Shown: one piece after another, positions 25,966 to 38,500 of the stretch
Numbering within the stretch: the first letter of the stretch is position 1
Layout: each line of letters opens with the position of its first letter
Assembly: GCF_964194025.1 (NCBI RefSeq)
Contig: NC_134473.1
Coordinates: 55,738,001-55,802,000 of the forward strand
Reading direction: 5' to 3'
DNA: 64,000 nucleotides
From: Convolutriloba macropyga
Lineage: Eukaryota
Translations under genes and position numbers: made by a program
Notes under the pieces: model-generated
Database searches by the model: none
What the model was told of the DNA's origin: nothing
The model's input: only the letters and a program-made list of their open reading frames with translations

Positions 25966-28548
25966 CCTGAATGTTTGCCTGCACAATGATAACACTATCG
26001 GAAGTTAAGGGGGTACAATGGGAGTGGAAAATGTAACAATATCTCATTTACACGATGAATATAAGCCTTTTGAGCAGCTTTGGTAAAACGCATAAATATA
26101 AACTAGCTAGATTTAATTTATGCCCTCGGTTCTGCACAGAAATTTGTTGATCAGAGAAAAACGTTCAGAGGGAAAACTGGTCGTTCGAAAAATTGCAAAC
26201 AACAAAGACCAATTAAAAAAGACTATTCTAATTGCTGCAAATTTTTTTCAGTCTTCCTTTGGAAGTAATTAAAAACCCATATATAAAAAAAGGGTCTCGT
26301 AAAAAAATGGTGTCTGATTGATCTGAAATATAGCTATCTTGTCTTATAACTCATTGATCCATAAATTTTGGTCTTTGATTTTTTGCTGGAGCTGCATTGG
26401 AAATTTTGTACGATATCATGTGTCATTCGGTTTGATTACATTTATTGTTTTTGCAAAATTAAAATTCAAAGTAATTATTACTTCATTTCATTGCAATTCT
26501 GAGCATCAATCCGCGTGCAACCCTGGCAGTCACAAATAAGGCTATGACCCTTATACAATACCAATCATGGACATTGTGAATCAGGAGACACGTCCAATAA
26601 AACAAAAATCCAATCTATCGTCTCCAAAGCCTACGTCTAAACTTGGAACAACAAAAATTTTTCTGTTACAGTGGAGCATCTGTCAATGATATGAGGGTTA
26701 TCAACATTGATAAAATTTCCCTAGAAAAACATTTTCAAATATTTAATGCATTTTTTTTCTCCAAAAGTTTAGATTATTGGTATTTCTAAACAACACCGTC
26801 AATTTATCAAAAAATTTAATATTTTATCAAAGGTAACACTAACACTGCATTACTAAGCGTGTAATACATTATTTGGAAAGTCTTTGCAAAAACTTGAAAT
26901 TTGACAAAAACTCGTCGAACAACGATAGATAACGTACTTTTTAAAACACTGCAAACCTGAAAATTCGGAAACTGGAAAAACTTTGCATTTTTTTCGTAAA
27001 TATAAACATAAAAATAATTTTGAATACATTTTGAATCTTTTTCTACAACATAAAAATAATTTTGAATCCTTGAATCATGTCAAACAACCAGGAAGGTTTT
27101 AAAGTTAAGAAAATGATTCATATTGATGACCTTAACCTAATCACATTAGCAAGTTGAATTCCACCATTGGAATAAAAATAAAAGAGAAAAAGCAATAATT
27201 TTAACGAAAAAGGTTTAAAAAGCAGAAAAAAGAGTAGAACAAAAAGGCAAAAAGTGTTTTTGTTGCAAAATTTCTGCAAATATGCAAGAAAAAGTTATCA
27301 AAAACAGCTGAAACAAAAGACAACATATTATTAGTCAATTGCATAAATTTGAAAAAAAGTTTAGTTTTTAAACGCTCCAATTAGTTTTTCTTTGAGGAAA
27401 AAAACGTTATATAGCTTCTTTTATGGTTCTTTTTCCTTTTTCCTTCTTTTTCCTCGACATATTTGAGAAAACCACCAAAATTGGAGTAAAATGTAAATAA
27501 TACGCAAAATCTGCGATAAAACATTATCGCTGAATAATAGCACCAACTTATTCACGTTATTTTTGATGAATAAATTAAGAATTTTTTTCCAACATAGTCA
27601 ACATAGACAACCTCAAGGAGCCTAAAAGCAGATTAATATTATTTTAATATCTACAGATACAAATTGAAGTAGCAACTTGAAAACGTGATGTAATTCAAAC
27701 TTTCGGTTTTTGTAGTTTTGTAAATATTGCACTGAAGTCTTTTTTAGACATTACCAGCATTGTTTTTTCTTTACGATATTACCTTTTCCCTCCTTAGAAT
27801 CAAACAACCAAAACTGACACAGCAAAAAAGTGAAGCTTCAACAACGTTAGTTTCTAACTCTTAAATAAATTTGGAGGACTGAGGCACTAAGGCTTTATTG
27901 AACACTAAGGCATCATATCAAATAGTTAGGACAATTGGATAAAAACTTGCTTTTTAAAGTCACTTCTGTACTTTGAATTGAAGGAAAAGATTTGAATTAT
28001 GGTAAGAACATCCAACTGAGGAATTTTTCTTGTTAATGCATATAGTCTTGAAACATTTGCATTCAAATCGGGAAAGAATCAAATAGTCGTCAATTTTCGC
28101 TCTAATTTAGATTAAAAAAGGAACATGAAAGACACAAGAAATATATTAAATTTCATTCATTCGACTCCTTTTCCTTTCAATTGTAATTTGAAGCATTAAA
28201 AATGTCTACAACAACAAAGAAACGAACGTTTCAAATAAATGTTATGTAATTGTTAAAAACGCTTTATCATTTGCTTTCAGTTTGACGTTTCATTTGTGTT
28301 GAAAAATAATACGACTGAATTATGGTTTTATATGAACTGCAATTTTTAAAAAGCGTTTTTGAAGATCAAAAACGTCCCCCAAATTTTAGCAACGTTATGA
28401 CGACAATCAAATTTTGTCTTTTGTTCATGCTTTACGAAGCATTTCACACAATCTGTGCAATTTTATTTATTGCGCTCGCACTTTAGTCACATTGTACGCC
28501 TTTTGGATGCGCTCTGCTGCGGATTTTTATTGAAATTTCGGATCTAAC

Positions 28549-28570
28549 CAATTATAAATATAATTTGCTC
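28549..28570 (-). CDS. Candidate 22-nt microexon (EQIIFII, phase 0-1)
   Basis: CTCTAAC branch-like motif, strong TTTTTTTTCACAG acceptor, weak GTTAGA donor. With the 41-nt exon it totals 63 nt and restores frame. Confidence 0.3.
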
Positions 28571-28713
28571 CTGTGAAAAAAAACTACTAAGCGGTCGTTC
28601 AAATGCGTTAGAGTCCCCCCTATTCCCCGTAAAGGTACTATAAAAGGAAAGAAAAAGGGGAGTTTTGAGAAAATGTTTATGCAAATTAGGACCCGCATCA
28701 AATGTCTCCTTAC

Positions 28714-28754
28714 TAGCAGGGAAGCAGCAACTGAGAGGCGAGTATTGGAGTTCC
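28714..28754 (-). CDS. Candidate 41-nt microexon (xNSNTRLSVAASLL, phase 1-0)
   Basis: TTTAATTCCTCCAG acceptor and GTAAGG donor; phase-compatible with the 404-nt exon. Confidence 0.5.
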
Positions 28755-28847
28755 CTGGAGGAATTAAACTAATGCTTTTCCTCATTTCCAACTCGCCTGC
28801 TCTTCCTTTAACCCCCCCCCCCCCCCCCCCCCCCGTGAACACCTAAC

Positions 28848-28901
28848 AATGACCAACAAAACCGGTCGCCTTAATTGTGTCAAAGTTGTCGTCGGTCTGA
28901 A
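28848..28901 (-). CDS. Candidate 54-nt exon (xQTDDNFDTIKATGFVGH, phase 1-1)
   Basis: TTTTTGCTAAG acceptor (alternative CAG 5 nt further in), GTTAGG donor. The 93-nt downstream intron contains a G-run. Confidence 0.3.
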
Positions 28902-29996
28902 CTTAGCAAAAATAAGCCAAACACCAACTAAGCCGAAAATTGAAGCACCATAGTCAATGTCTCTCATTGATTTGATCAACCCCATTTAATTGTTTCTTAT
29001 CAGTTAGGGGTAAATTTGGCGCTGTTTTGAACCTCAAGACGACAATGTGTATTTCAGCAAAGAATTATAAGTTAATTTTAATCCAGTAAATTTTTCGAAT
29101 CCTGTAATTGTGAACAAATGCTTACAAGTTCAAATCTTGGACTCTTTGTCTTTTAAAAGATTCTATTCGATTTGTGCCGCTTTCGGCTGCTTTTGTCGCC
29201 TATGCATGTTTTAAGCCAAAATTTCACTCTAGTAAAATGGGCCGAACTAGTTGCATTTAGCCGAACTGTTGGTTTTGTTTGCGCTCGAATGCGACGTGGA
29301 AAAGTAAACATTAAAACAATCAATATTTGAACTATAAGCGTAAAAATCAATACGATCTCTTCTGATTTGAGGGCTCGACATCCCATCCGCAGATTAACAA
29401 GTGGGGGGGGGGGGGGTTTGTCACGCAAAATTTTTCAAAAAATATAGAGCCTTTTTATGCACGTGAAAAACCTAAGTTACTATTTTGGTCTATCAAGGAA
29501 AAAGCAGTTCATTAAACAGCTATAAATAAAATACATTCGACAAGGTTCTAATTAAATCAGAACATTTTATTTGAAGGCTTTAATCAGTCAACTATTGAAG
29601 GTTGAAGAATATTGTAAACACTTTTTACTCCCGTCAAAGAGTATGAATTTTGAAGTTTTTTAGTAATTTGATTATTCTTTTCAATCATTTGACTCAACTT
29701 TAAGGAAGACAGAAAGAGTTATTTTTAAAACGAAGACGAATACTAGATTAATTTAGCACTATATGTCTATTTTGGGGGACACAACCCGACCGGAAATAAT
29801 TCTACAGGGAAAAATTAGATCAATCAAGGTTAATTTAACAGGTAACTAGGTGAGTTACATGTAATGTCTCACAGTTTGACTTCGGAAATGGACCATTCAT
29901 CACGAAAATGGAGAGAGAAAGGAACCAATTGTCGAATAAGAACGGGAGTTTAAAAATGCTTTGTAATACATGAAAAATTTATTCAAAACACAACAA

Positions 29997-30082
29997 ACAC
30001 ACACACACACCACACACACACACACACTCTCTCTCTCTCACACACACACATACATACACACACACGAACGCACGCACGAACG
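29997..30082. repeat. Compound (CA)n/(CT)n microsatellite
   Basis: Directly visible. Confidence 0.9.
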
Positions 30083-31289
30083 AACAGCGATCAAGCTACC
30101 GTAATCAAATCAACCATCATTATTATCAACTATCATCTAAACTCTACTAATCGCTTTTTTCTTGAACCTTTTTGGCACCCTCTGAGCTTGTTATGATTAC
30201 ACGGGTACGAAAAACCGAGTAAGGTTTAGCGAAATTGATACCTCAATTTTTGAGAATAAATTTTTGTGCTGTCCTGGCTCAGTGGTTAGAGAACACTTAA
30301 ATTTTCGAGTATTAGAACACTAGAATTTTGTATTATTACGCAGTGTCAATCTATTAAAGTCTATATCCAGTGTTTTTGGATTCTAAAAATCATGATTTTA
30401 ATCTCGATTTTTGATTAATAAGAAAAACGGCAGCTGAGAAAAGGCCACTGTGGCCGAATAATGTTTCGCTGCGCTTACGCGGAAACCGCAATTATCATCA
30501 TTAATATTATTATCATTCAACGTCAAAAACTGGCAAAAACTCAGTACTTGTTGTGTTTTCAGTCACAGCATTTTCGGAGGCTTTTGTAGAAAGCTACCTA
30601 AACGGGTTAATAACTGAACAGATTCTCCGTTTTGTTAAAGAAGTTCATTTTTTGATTGAATAAATTTTAGGCATTGTACTTCTGAGTATGAACCCGAATG
30701 TGCTGTGTAAAAACTTTCCAATGTTTTGATTTATCTTACTTCTTGCTGAATATTAATTTCAAGAATACTTTTGTTCCGAAATACACCCTATTAATTGTCG
30801 TAGTCGATAACATGGGTCAAAGAATTCAATAAGTTGAAACTTAATTTAAAAATGAAACTGAAAATATACAAAAATTAGCTCGTATTAATAATACTTATCT
30901 ATGCAAAAATAAACAGAGAAAATTTAGGTTAGCTAACAATGTTTTACATGATTGACATGCAAATAGATTTTAAATCCGAATCCCGTCGGTGATTTTCTAT
31001 TTTCATCAACACTTCATGAGAATCATATATGGCCTAGCTACAATCGAGTTCATTAGTTGGAGGTCAGTGGGTGTTAGAATCAGGTTTCTGTTGGTGGAAG
31101 AATTTACTTCTGAGATATGATTGATAGGTCAAAAAGATAAAGATAGCGCCAAAACTGAAGTAGAATTGAGTTAAAATTTGTAGCCATTACATATTGACAA
31201 AATTCGTCAGTTAAGTTTTTCTTTCGTTCTTTGACACTTTAATAAAACTTCTAAGTTTCTTGATGTTTGTTTGAAACCATCACATCTTC

Positions 31290-33850
31290 CTTTTTAAGCA
31301 ATTTTGTGGGTATAGGTTCTCCAAATCTGTCCGGCTGCTTTCTGTTTCTTGTTGAAGTTCGCGAAGGCTCTGGTGTTTCAAATTGTTGAAGCTCTGCAGA
31401 TAATGTGGCTGGAGAAACTTCATCTTGATGTGAAGATCCCACTGAAGTTGTGGTTCTGATTGAGATATGGTCTTTTCCATTGACGGTTCAGTTTTCACAT
31501 TGTCCTTGTTTAGTCTCGCAATTTGGCTGTCGCTCACTAGAATAGTCTGTGTTGATTTTCCGGGTTGTATGAAAGATGTGTTCAAGCCCTTCCTGATGAT
31601 GTAGGTAACAGGAACTGTCTTTGTTTTCGCATTGGCCTTGAACAGAATGGGTTCGCAAAGTCGAAATCTGCTATTGCTGGTAGTCGCACTCTGCGTACCA
31701 AAAGAAGTTCAACTTGAGTTTTGCCAATCGTCTTTGAAGTGTTGCAAAGTGTCATCAGGGCCCTTTGCAGGAATTCTCAAACTGACGCATTAAGGTTGGG
31801 ACTCCAAGCATGAAGTGCCCGCTTCACTGTCTGAATTGCTCTTTCAGTTAGTCCATTAGCTCTTGAATGATTGACGGATGATTCCATTTGTTTAATTCCC
31901 ATTGATTCACACCACTGTTTAAGTTCACCACTTACAATTTCAGCACCATTATCAAATACTAAGGTTTTTCGTTTTTCGAATCTTGCAAAAATTTGACTAA
32001 GATATATTTTAACTGTTTCTGATGTTCTATTTCTTGCGGGGAAAACTTCTATCCAGCCCGAACGTGCGTCAACAATCACTAACATACTGCCTTGGTCCTG
32101 AACATAACCCCAGTCCATGTGGAGTCGTTCCCAATTGTCGGCTTCTGGCCACGTAGAGACTGTTTTTCCCCGGCTAGGCCTGTTCATTTGACAATTCTTA
32201 CAATTACACAGTTGCATTCTTCCCAGGATGAGTCTCATGCGCTTTTTCAAAAACCAAGTGTCGTTGTTTGGGCGGAATGAAAGGAAAAAATCCTCTGAAG
32301 ATGATTCCATTTTGTATGGTCAGTGCGTTTTTGTGTTGTTCGAATCCTTTTTCCGTTTCTGAAAATTGTTTCCAAATGCCGCTTTTGATTTGTTTCATTA
32401 TGTCTGGGAAGACTCTGTTTGTTCCAATTTCGGTTTTGATTTCTACTTGGTTCACCAAATGACTCTGAGCGAAGTAGATTTTATTGATTGCGAAGCACAT
32501 TCGATCGTTGTCCAATTCGTCTTCGTCATAATCCATTCTGCTCAAAGCATCTGCATGGGGTATCTGCTCTCCTGGTGTGTACTTCAACTCAAAGTCAAAA
32601 CCCATTAGAGTTTTTGCCCATCTTGTGAACCTCGCTGATGCTGTCTGCGGGATCTCATCGTCTGGTGCAAGGAGATATTTTAGTGGTTTGTGGTCAGTCT
32701 GTAGGGTAAATCGTCTTCCAAGAAGGAATTGTTTTAGTCTTGTGAACACAAACACAATTGCCAGTGCTTCACGCTCTAAGTTCGAGTAGTTTTGCTCCGC
32801 TGGAGTCAATTTTCTCCATACATATATGACTGGATGTCCTTCTTGCGAAAGAACACCTCCAGTGGCTTTTTCAGAGGCGTCAGTAGTAACTATTGCTTCT
32901 TTTTGTAAACTATATGGCTGTACAAATGGATTAGCACAAAATTCAAATTTCATGTCTTCAAAGGCTTTTTGTTGCCCCAAGAGAAATCGTTATTTCTCAT
33001 GTTATTTAAGGGTAGCATTTTTTTGCAAAATCAGGAATAATTCTTCCGTAAAAATTAGCCAGCCCAACAAACGGTTCGATTTGTTTGTTGTTAGTTGGTG
33101 CTTTTGCATTTTAATTTTTTCAACATGTTTGGGATCTGGTGTTATTCCCTTCTTTGAAATCGAGTATCTCAAAAAGCTGACGCTATTGACTGGTTTTGAA
33201 TTAGATTTTTTCTCATTAATAGTAAAGTTTTTCTCACGTAGTCGACTCTTGACCGCAAGCATTCTCTTGTCTATCTGCTCCTTGGTAGTTCTATGGACCA
33301 GCACATCGTCTCGAAAGATCACAACACTTTCGATTCCTTTGAGTGTTGATTGGATACAATTCTGGAAGCTTAAGGACAAGTTCTTCAATCCCTGAGGTAG
33401 TCGGCACATCTTGAACAGTCCCCGAGATGTGTTGATTGTGCATATAACTTTTGTCTTTTCGTCAAATTCTGTTTGAAAGTAAGCATCTGAGAGGTCGATT
33501 GTGCCGAAGTATGAGGCCCCATGTAGGTTGTTGAAGATCGTCTCCATGTCTGGTTTTGGGTAGTCGTCATCCATGAACCTGCCATTGATATGCACTTTCA
33601 AGTCCAAACAAAGTCTCAGTTCTCCATTCTTCTTTCTCAGCCGAAGCACTGGAGATGCATTATTGGACTCCTCCTGGCTGAACCGGTTCAAGGATGCCCT
33701 GTCTAACCATCTGTTCTAGCTTCTCTGTGACCTTGTCTTGAAGAGGTAGAGGTATTTTCTGGCTTTGCAGAACATTGGCTGTGATCCTGGCATCAGCTTC
33801 ACATGAGCTTTGTAACCCTTCACAGCAGATGGGTGTTCGGTAGTGATGTT
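31290..33850 (-). pseudogene. pol: Frameshifted pol (RT, RNase H, integrase)
   Basis: RT motifs KKNGELRLCLD, IDLSDAYFQ, RLPQGL, FRDDVLV. RNase H motifs DASEKATGGVL, NYSNLEREALA. Integrase motifs RLHMDW…VDARSGW…DNGAE…NGLTER. Split over several frames. Confidence 0.92.
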
Positions 33851-33899
33851 GCTCACACCGTGCTTGGGTAAGTTTTGCCTTCAGGGTCCCTCAAAGCTG

Positions 33900-34356
33900 A
33901 AATAAACTTTAATTTTACCAACTCCTCCTCGGGGTTGGCCGCTGTTTAGAGTTTTTCGAAGTCGCAATAGCGTGCTTGCTCTCTAAGACGCGCTAGAAAA
34001 TCGTCATCTGACTCACCTACACCTTTTATAACAGATTGAAATTTAGCTCTTTCTGCTGTTACTACTCTCTCCTTAGGAGAAATATAATTTGAAATCGCCA
34101 GTCTGATGTCTTTATACGGAGTGTCTATCAAATTCCTAGGACTAATTAGGCTCCTAAATTTAATAACTGCATCTTGCCCGCACATACTAAGAAAGAGATT
34201 GTTTACCTGTAGGTCCTGTATAGTACCATCGGTGTTGATCTTGTCCTCTTTCTTCTCTGAGCAACATTTCACCACAAAAGACATAATCCATGCGGTAGAT
34301 GATTCTGCATTCTTCAGATCCAAAATTTGTCTGACTGTAGCTGGTCTGGACACCAT
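33900..34356 (-). pseudogene. gag: Truncated gag
   Basis: ERAKFQSVIKGVGESDDDFLARLREQARYCDF gag motif, premature stop. The zinc knuckle and protease are absent before RT. Confidence 0.8.
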
Positions 34357-35016
34357 TGTCGTGGCCGATAACACGGGTCAAAGAATTCAATAAAATGAAT
34401 TTTAAGTTAAAATTGATACTGAAAATATACAAAAATCAGCTCGTATTTATAGTACTTACCAATGCAAAATTATACGGAGAAAACTTAGATTAGCTAAAAA
34501 ATATTTTACATGATTGATATGGGAATAGATTTTAGTTCCGAATCCCGGAGATAATCTTCGTTTTTCATCGACATTTCATGAGAATCGTATATGGCCTAGG
34601 TACAATCGAGTTCATTAGTTGGAGGTCGGTGGGTGTTAGAATCAGGTTTCTGTTGGTGGGAGAACTTACTTCTGACATATGATTGATAGGTCAATAAGAT
34701 AATGATAGCGCCATTTAGTTTCGTGGCCATTACTTATTGACAAAGTTCGTCAGGTAAGTTCTTCTTTCGTTTTTTGAAACTTAAATAAAACTTCTAAGTT
34801 TATTGATGTTTGTTTGAAACCATCACATTAATTGAAGAACTTTTGCAAATGAATCACCACAAGCGTTTAGCCAAGCATTTTTTGCTCCCTATCCGCCAGT
34901 TCTATGAGGCAGTTTGCTTTAAGAGACTCTAGCGCAGATTCATGTTACATTGCCTGAAATGTTTATTGTAAAGTTCAAAATCCCAGATCTCTAGTTCCTA
35001 ATTCTAAACTGCGCGA

Positions 35017-35017
35017 G

Positions 35018-35078
<61 letters not shown>
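35017..35078. repeat. (CA)n(TA)n microsatellite
   Basis: Directly visible. Confidence 0.95.
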
Positions 35079-35079
<1 letters not shown>

Positions 35080-35549
35080 TGTGCCAGGTCTTAAAACTTG
35101 CATAGACCGCATATCAAGTATGTATAGGTCAAATTCTGGTTTACATCTCGAACCAAACGTGGTTGTTGTCACATGCCATATTTCCGCATTGATTTAATCT
35201 GAGTCACATAAGCAACACTTAAAACACGCAGTTAAGTTTTTTAAATCTGGCCAATTATAAAGGAAAATCTGGTTCTGGCACTCTAGAATCTGAAACTGAA
35301 AAAGTCTGACAACTAAAAACTTGCATGTTCGTGCTTTATTTTTACACGGCCACATAATTCTGGGTAGCAAACACTCTTGAACCTGGCTCTTTTGAATTAT
35401 GCATTTTACAGCGCTCTTCCAGACGTTTAGAATTGGTCAGCGCAGAAAAATGAAGGAAGTTGAAAACATCACTGCCGACATTCACTAACTCATTTCAATT
35501 TTTTACTCCTTTGTTTTCGCCCTTCTCTCCATTTTCTATCCGCCGTTAC

Positions 35550-35585
35550 CCTTGTTTTCGAGAACATCCTTTGATGGGAACAAAT
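35550..35585 (-). CDS. Candidate 36-nt microexon (xLFPSKDVLENK, phase 1-1)
   Basis: TTTTACGCGCAG acceptor and AGG|GTAACG donor; frame-neutral and stop-free. Confidence 0.35.
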
Positions 35586-38500
35586 CTGCGCGTAAAACTC
35601 GAAAGATAAGAACTATTGATTGGAAGTCAATTAACTGTTACTTACAACAAAAAGACTTCTTATGGGGGCCAGCAAGAAGAAGGTAGTGGAGGCGGGAGAC
35701 GGTGATATGGGGGGGGGGGGGGGGGGGAGAAAATGAAAGGCACAAAGTAGCTTAGCAAGAATTTGAGGAGAGGTTATTTTATTTGAAAGCGTCACGTGCA
35801 GTCAAAATACAGACTTTGAAAGGCCTTTTAAAGGCAAATTGAACCCTTACAAATTCACTTTTCAACGCAATAAACGCAAAATGAAATTACCACTTAGCAG
35901 GTTTGTTATGGCGTGTTTGTTAAGGGGGGAAGTTAACTCCCACGGTTAACTACGGGGCGGTTTTCCGCCAGTTCTGTAGACTGAACGAGACCAAAAGCAC
36001 GTGAAAAACTAGTGATGCGAATTATTGGAATTATAGCCTTGCATCGCTTCTATCATTCTCGAATATTTGGCCCGGCGGGTTGTATTTCAATGGAACTAGA
36101 AATCCTCCACTTTTAAGGGAACTAAGAGCATTAAACGACGGGGGGTCTAGACAATAAAAGTGAAAACAAATTAAAACAAATGCTCTTTTTATACTGCCTT
36201 GGGGAGCTTTATCCTATCTCATCCTTTGTTACAATAAAAGTCTCAAAATTGCCATTGATTCTACTCGCATCAGAATCAAATCTTTGCACGTCTGTTGAAA
36301 AAACGGTGCTCTTTTCAAGTTTTTTGTTCTGAGAACAGAAAACGCAGAAAACAGTTCAGGTAATTAAATTGCTTTAAAAGGCGGAGAAAGAGAGGAAGCA
36401 ATTGTTTGTTTCAAATTGACCTGTTTTGATTAAATTGAGGGACTAGGGAATACAAAGTATTGAAATCGAGAGTTGTAAGCAGCACAGCACTATAGGTGAA
36501 ATATACGCTTTGCTCACGGTGGCCGAAAAGAGAAAACAAAAATGTGGTGGCAAATGAAGCAATTAAGTTTGCGAAAAGAAAGGCGAGATTGAAAAGGCCT
36601 TTCTTTGCTGCCGCAAATAGGTCAAGAGAGATAAAGCAGTCTTATTCTGGAAACAAATAACAAATTTCATCACAGAATCCCTCATTCAAAAATTGAAATA
36701 TGTCCGTAAGCACCTTCAATCAAAAGTTTTTTTGTGAAAATTTTAACAAATGAAAAGTGCTATACAGGGTTCACATACTTTTTGCTATACATACTTTTTG
36801 CGGAGAACAACGGTACAATGCTGCATGGTCTCTGAAACACTATTACAATCAAGCTGATATTTTTGTCAATCACTTATAAAATTAGGACTTGAGTCAAAGG
36901 GGGCTTTTTGTCTATCGAGAAAACTTGGAACTGACATTTTTTATGAAAATTTGAATAAAAGAACCAAATTTTTAAGTATATTGTTTACATTTAAAATCTG
37001 CTTATCTTCAGTTTTGATATGATATCACTAACAGAAACAGGTTGCGTACTATGTTTGGTTGCATACTATGATTTGTTGCACACTCACGTGTTCAAAATTA
37101 CACACAAAAAATAAACAATCAAATAGCAAAAATACATTAGAAGTTCGTCTCTTTTCTGTGAAAAGCCTAAATTTTAAGTCCACTCTTCAACTTTTAAGTA
37201 TCTTCAACTTGATCATGCCTCCATTGTTACCAAGAAACCGTTTGGACGGTAAATTCAGGAGTTTTATGCTCTAGACCAAAAAAAGTTTATGTGAACTTAT
37301 CTTAATGTTTATTACAAAAAATAGGCTAATTACCTTCCAAAAGAAATTTTTCTATTTTTGTAGCAAATAAATTTGTGTCGATTTTCAGTCGACCCATATA
37401 AAACTTAACAAGCAGCCTTGCTAATGTGCATATCAAATTCCGACCCCACTCATCATCAATAGAGTCTCACTTGTCTATGAATTGAGGAATTGAGGAAGAG
37501 ACGGACTGCCTCTAAAAAATCAGTTCTGGTAGACTCTCAAAATTGAAAAAAAAGATTCATACCAGTGGGATCAATTTTATTTTAATTCAATAGAACAAAC
37601 AGTGAAAAAAACAAAACGACAGACATAAAAAGAACTTTTTGTAACTTCTTAAGAAGAAAAACAATACAAATAAAACTAAATTTACCAAAAAAATCAAACC
37701 CACCCCAACAAAAGATCCGAACAAAAGAAAGATCTTTAACAAATTGCGGTGTAAACCAAAAGCAACCTCACAGTAAATTCTAAAACACTAAATCTCTTGA
37801 GCACAAGCAAATAAGCTGGTGAAAGAAGCAGATAGAACAGATTATTAACGACAAAACAATGCTGAATGGCCCATTTTTGCAACTTGTGAAAACCAATAGC
37901 ACTTGTCAGTAATCAAAATAAACCAGAAGTCTTTTTGTAAAGAATCAAACTTACCAAAAAGAAAAGCAAAACGGAGAAACCAAATCACAAAAACACCTCA
38001 GAATTTGTCGAAAAATTAAATGTCGTCAATTTTTCGTCCATCCTTTCATCATTAGCCCCAATTGAAGGAGAATTTCAGATTGGGATACTTTCAGTTTTGA
38101 CCTATGAAACTTAAATAAATGAGATTGATGAGCAAAACAGCAAAGAAAAACCCTCAGGACTCAAAATTCAAATATTTTTTACTCACAGTTCATTTATAAT
38201 ACTTGACAGGTACAATTGTGAACAACAATTTTTAACCTAAAAAGCCACTTGAATTGAAAAAAAATATCGACAAAACTCTCCAAAATTTACAAAATAAAAT
38301 TGCGTCATTTTAATTTTTGTATCTTTTATTAGTTATAAATTGAAAGGCAAAAATTAGATTCGGGGTCCAGTCATAAAAACGAAAACGTATAAACTCTAGA
38401 CATTGATAAATTCATATGGTTCCACTGCTGAAATTAGTGGGACCATTCATTAGACGTCATAAATTGGCAAAAGAAAGAATATGTATAGGCAAAACCAAAA

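Larger units (their letters stand above)
30796..34827 (-). mobile_element. Decayed Ty3/Gypsy LTR retrotransposon (Mag-like), both LTRs present
   Basis: LTRs 34357-34827 (5') and 30796-31284 (3'), TG…CA ends, TSD TTAAT (30791-30795, 34828-34832). TGG-starting PBS at ~34355; polypurine tract AAAAAGGAAGA at ~31285-31295. Domain order gag-RT-RNaseH-integrase. Confidence 0.93.
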
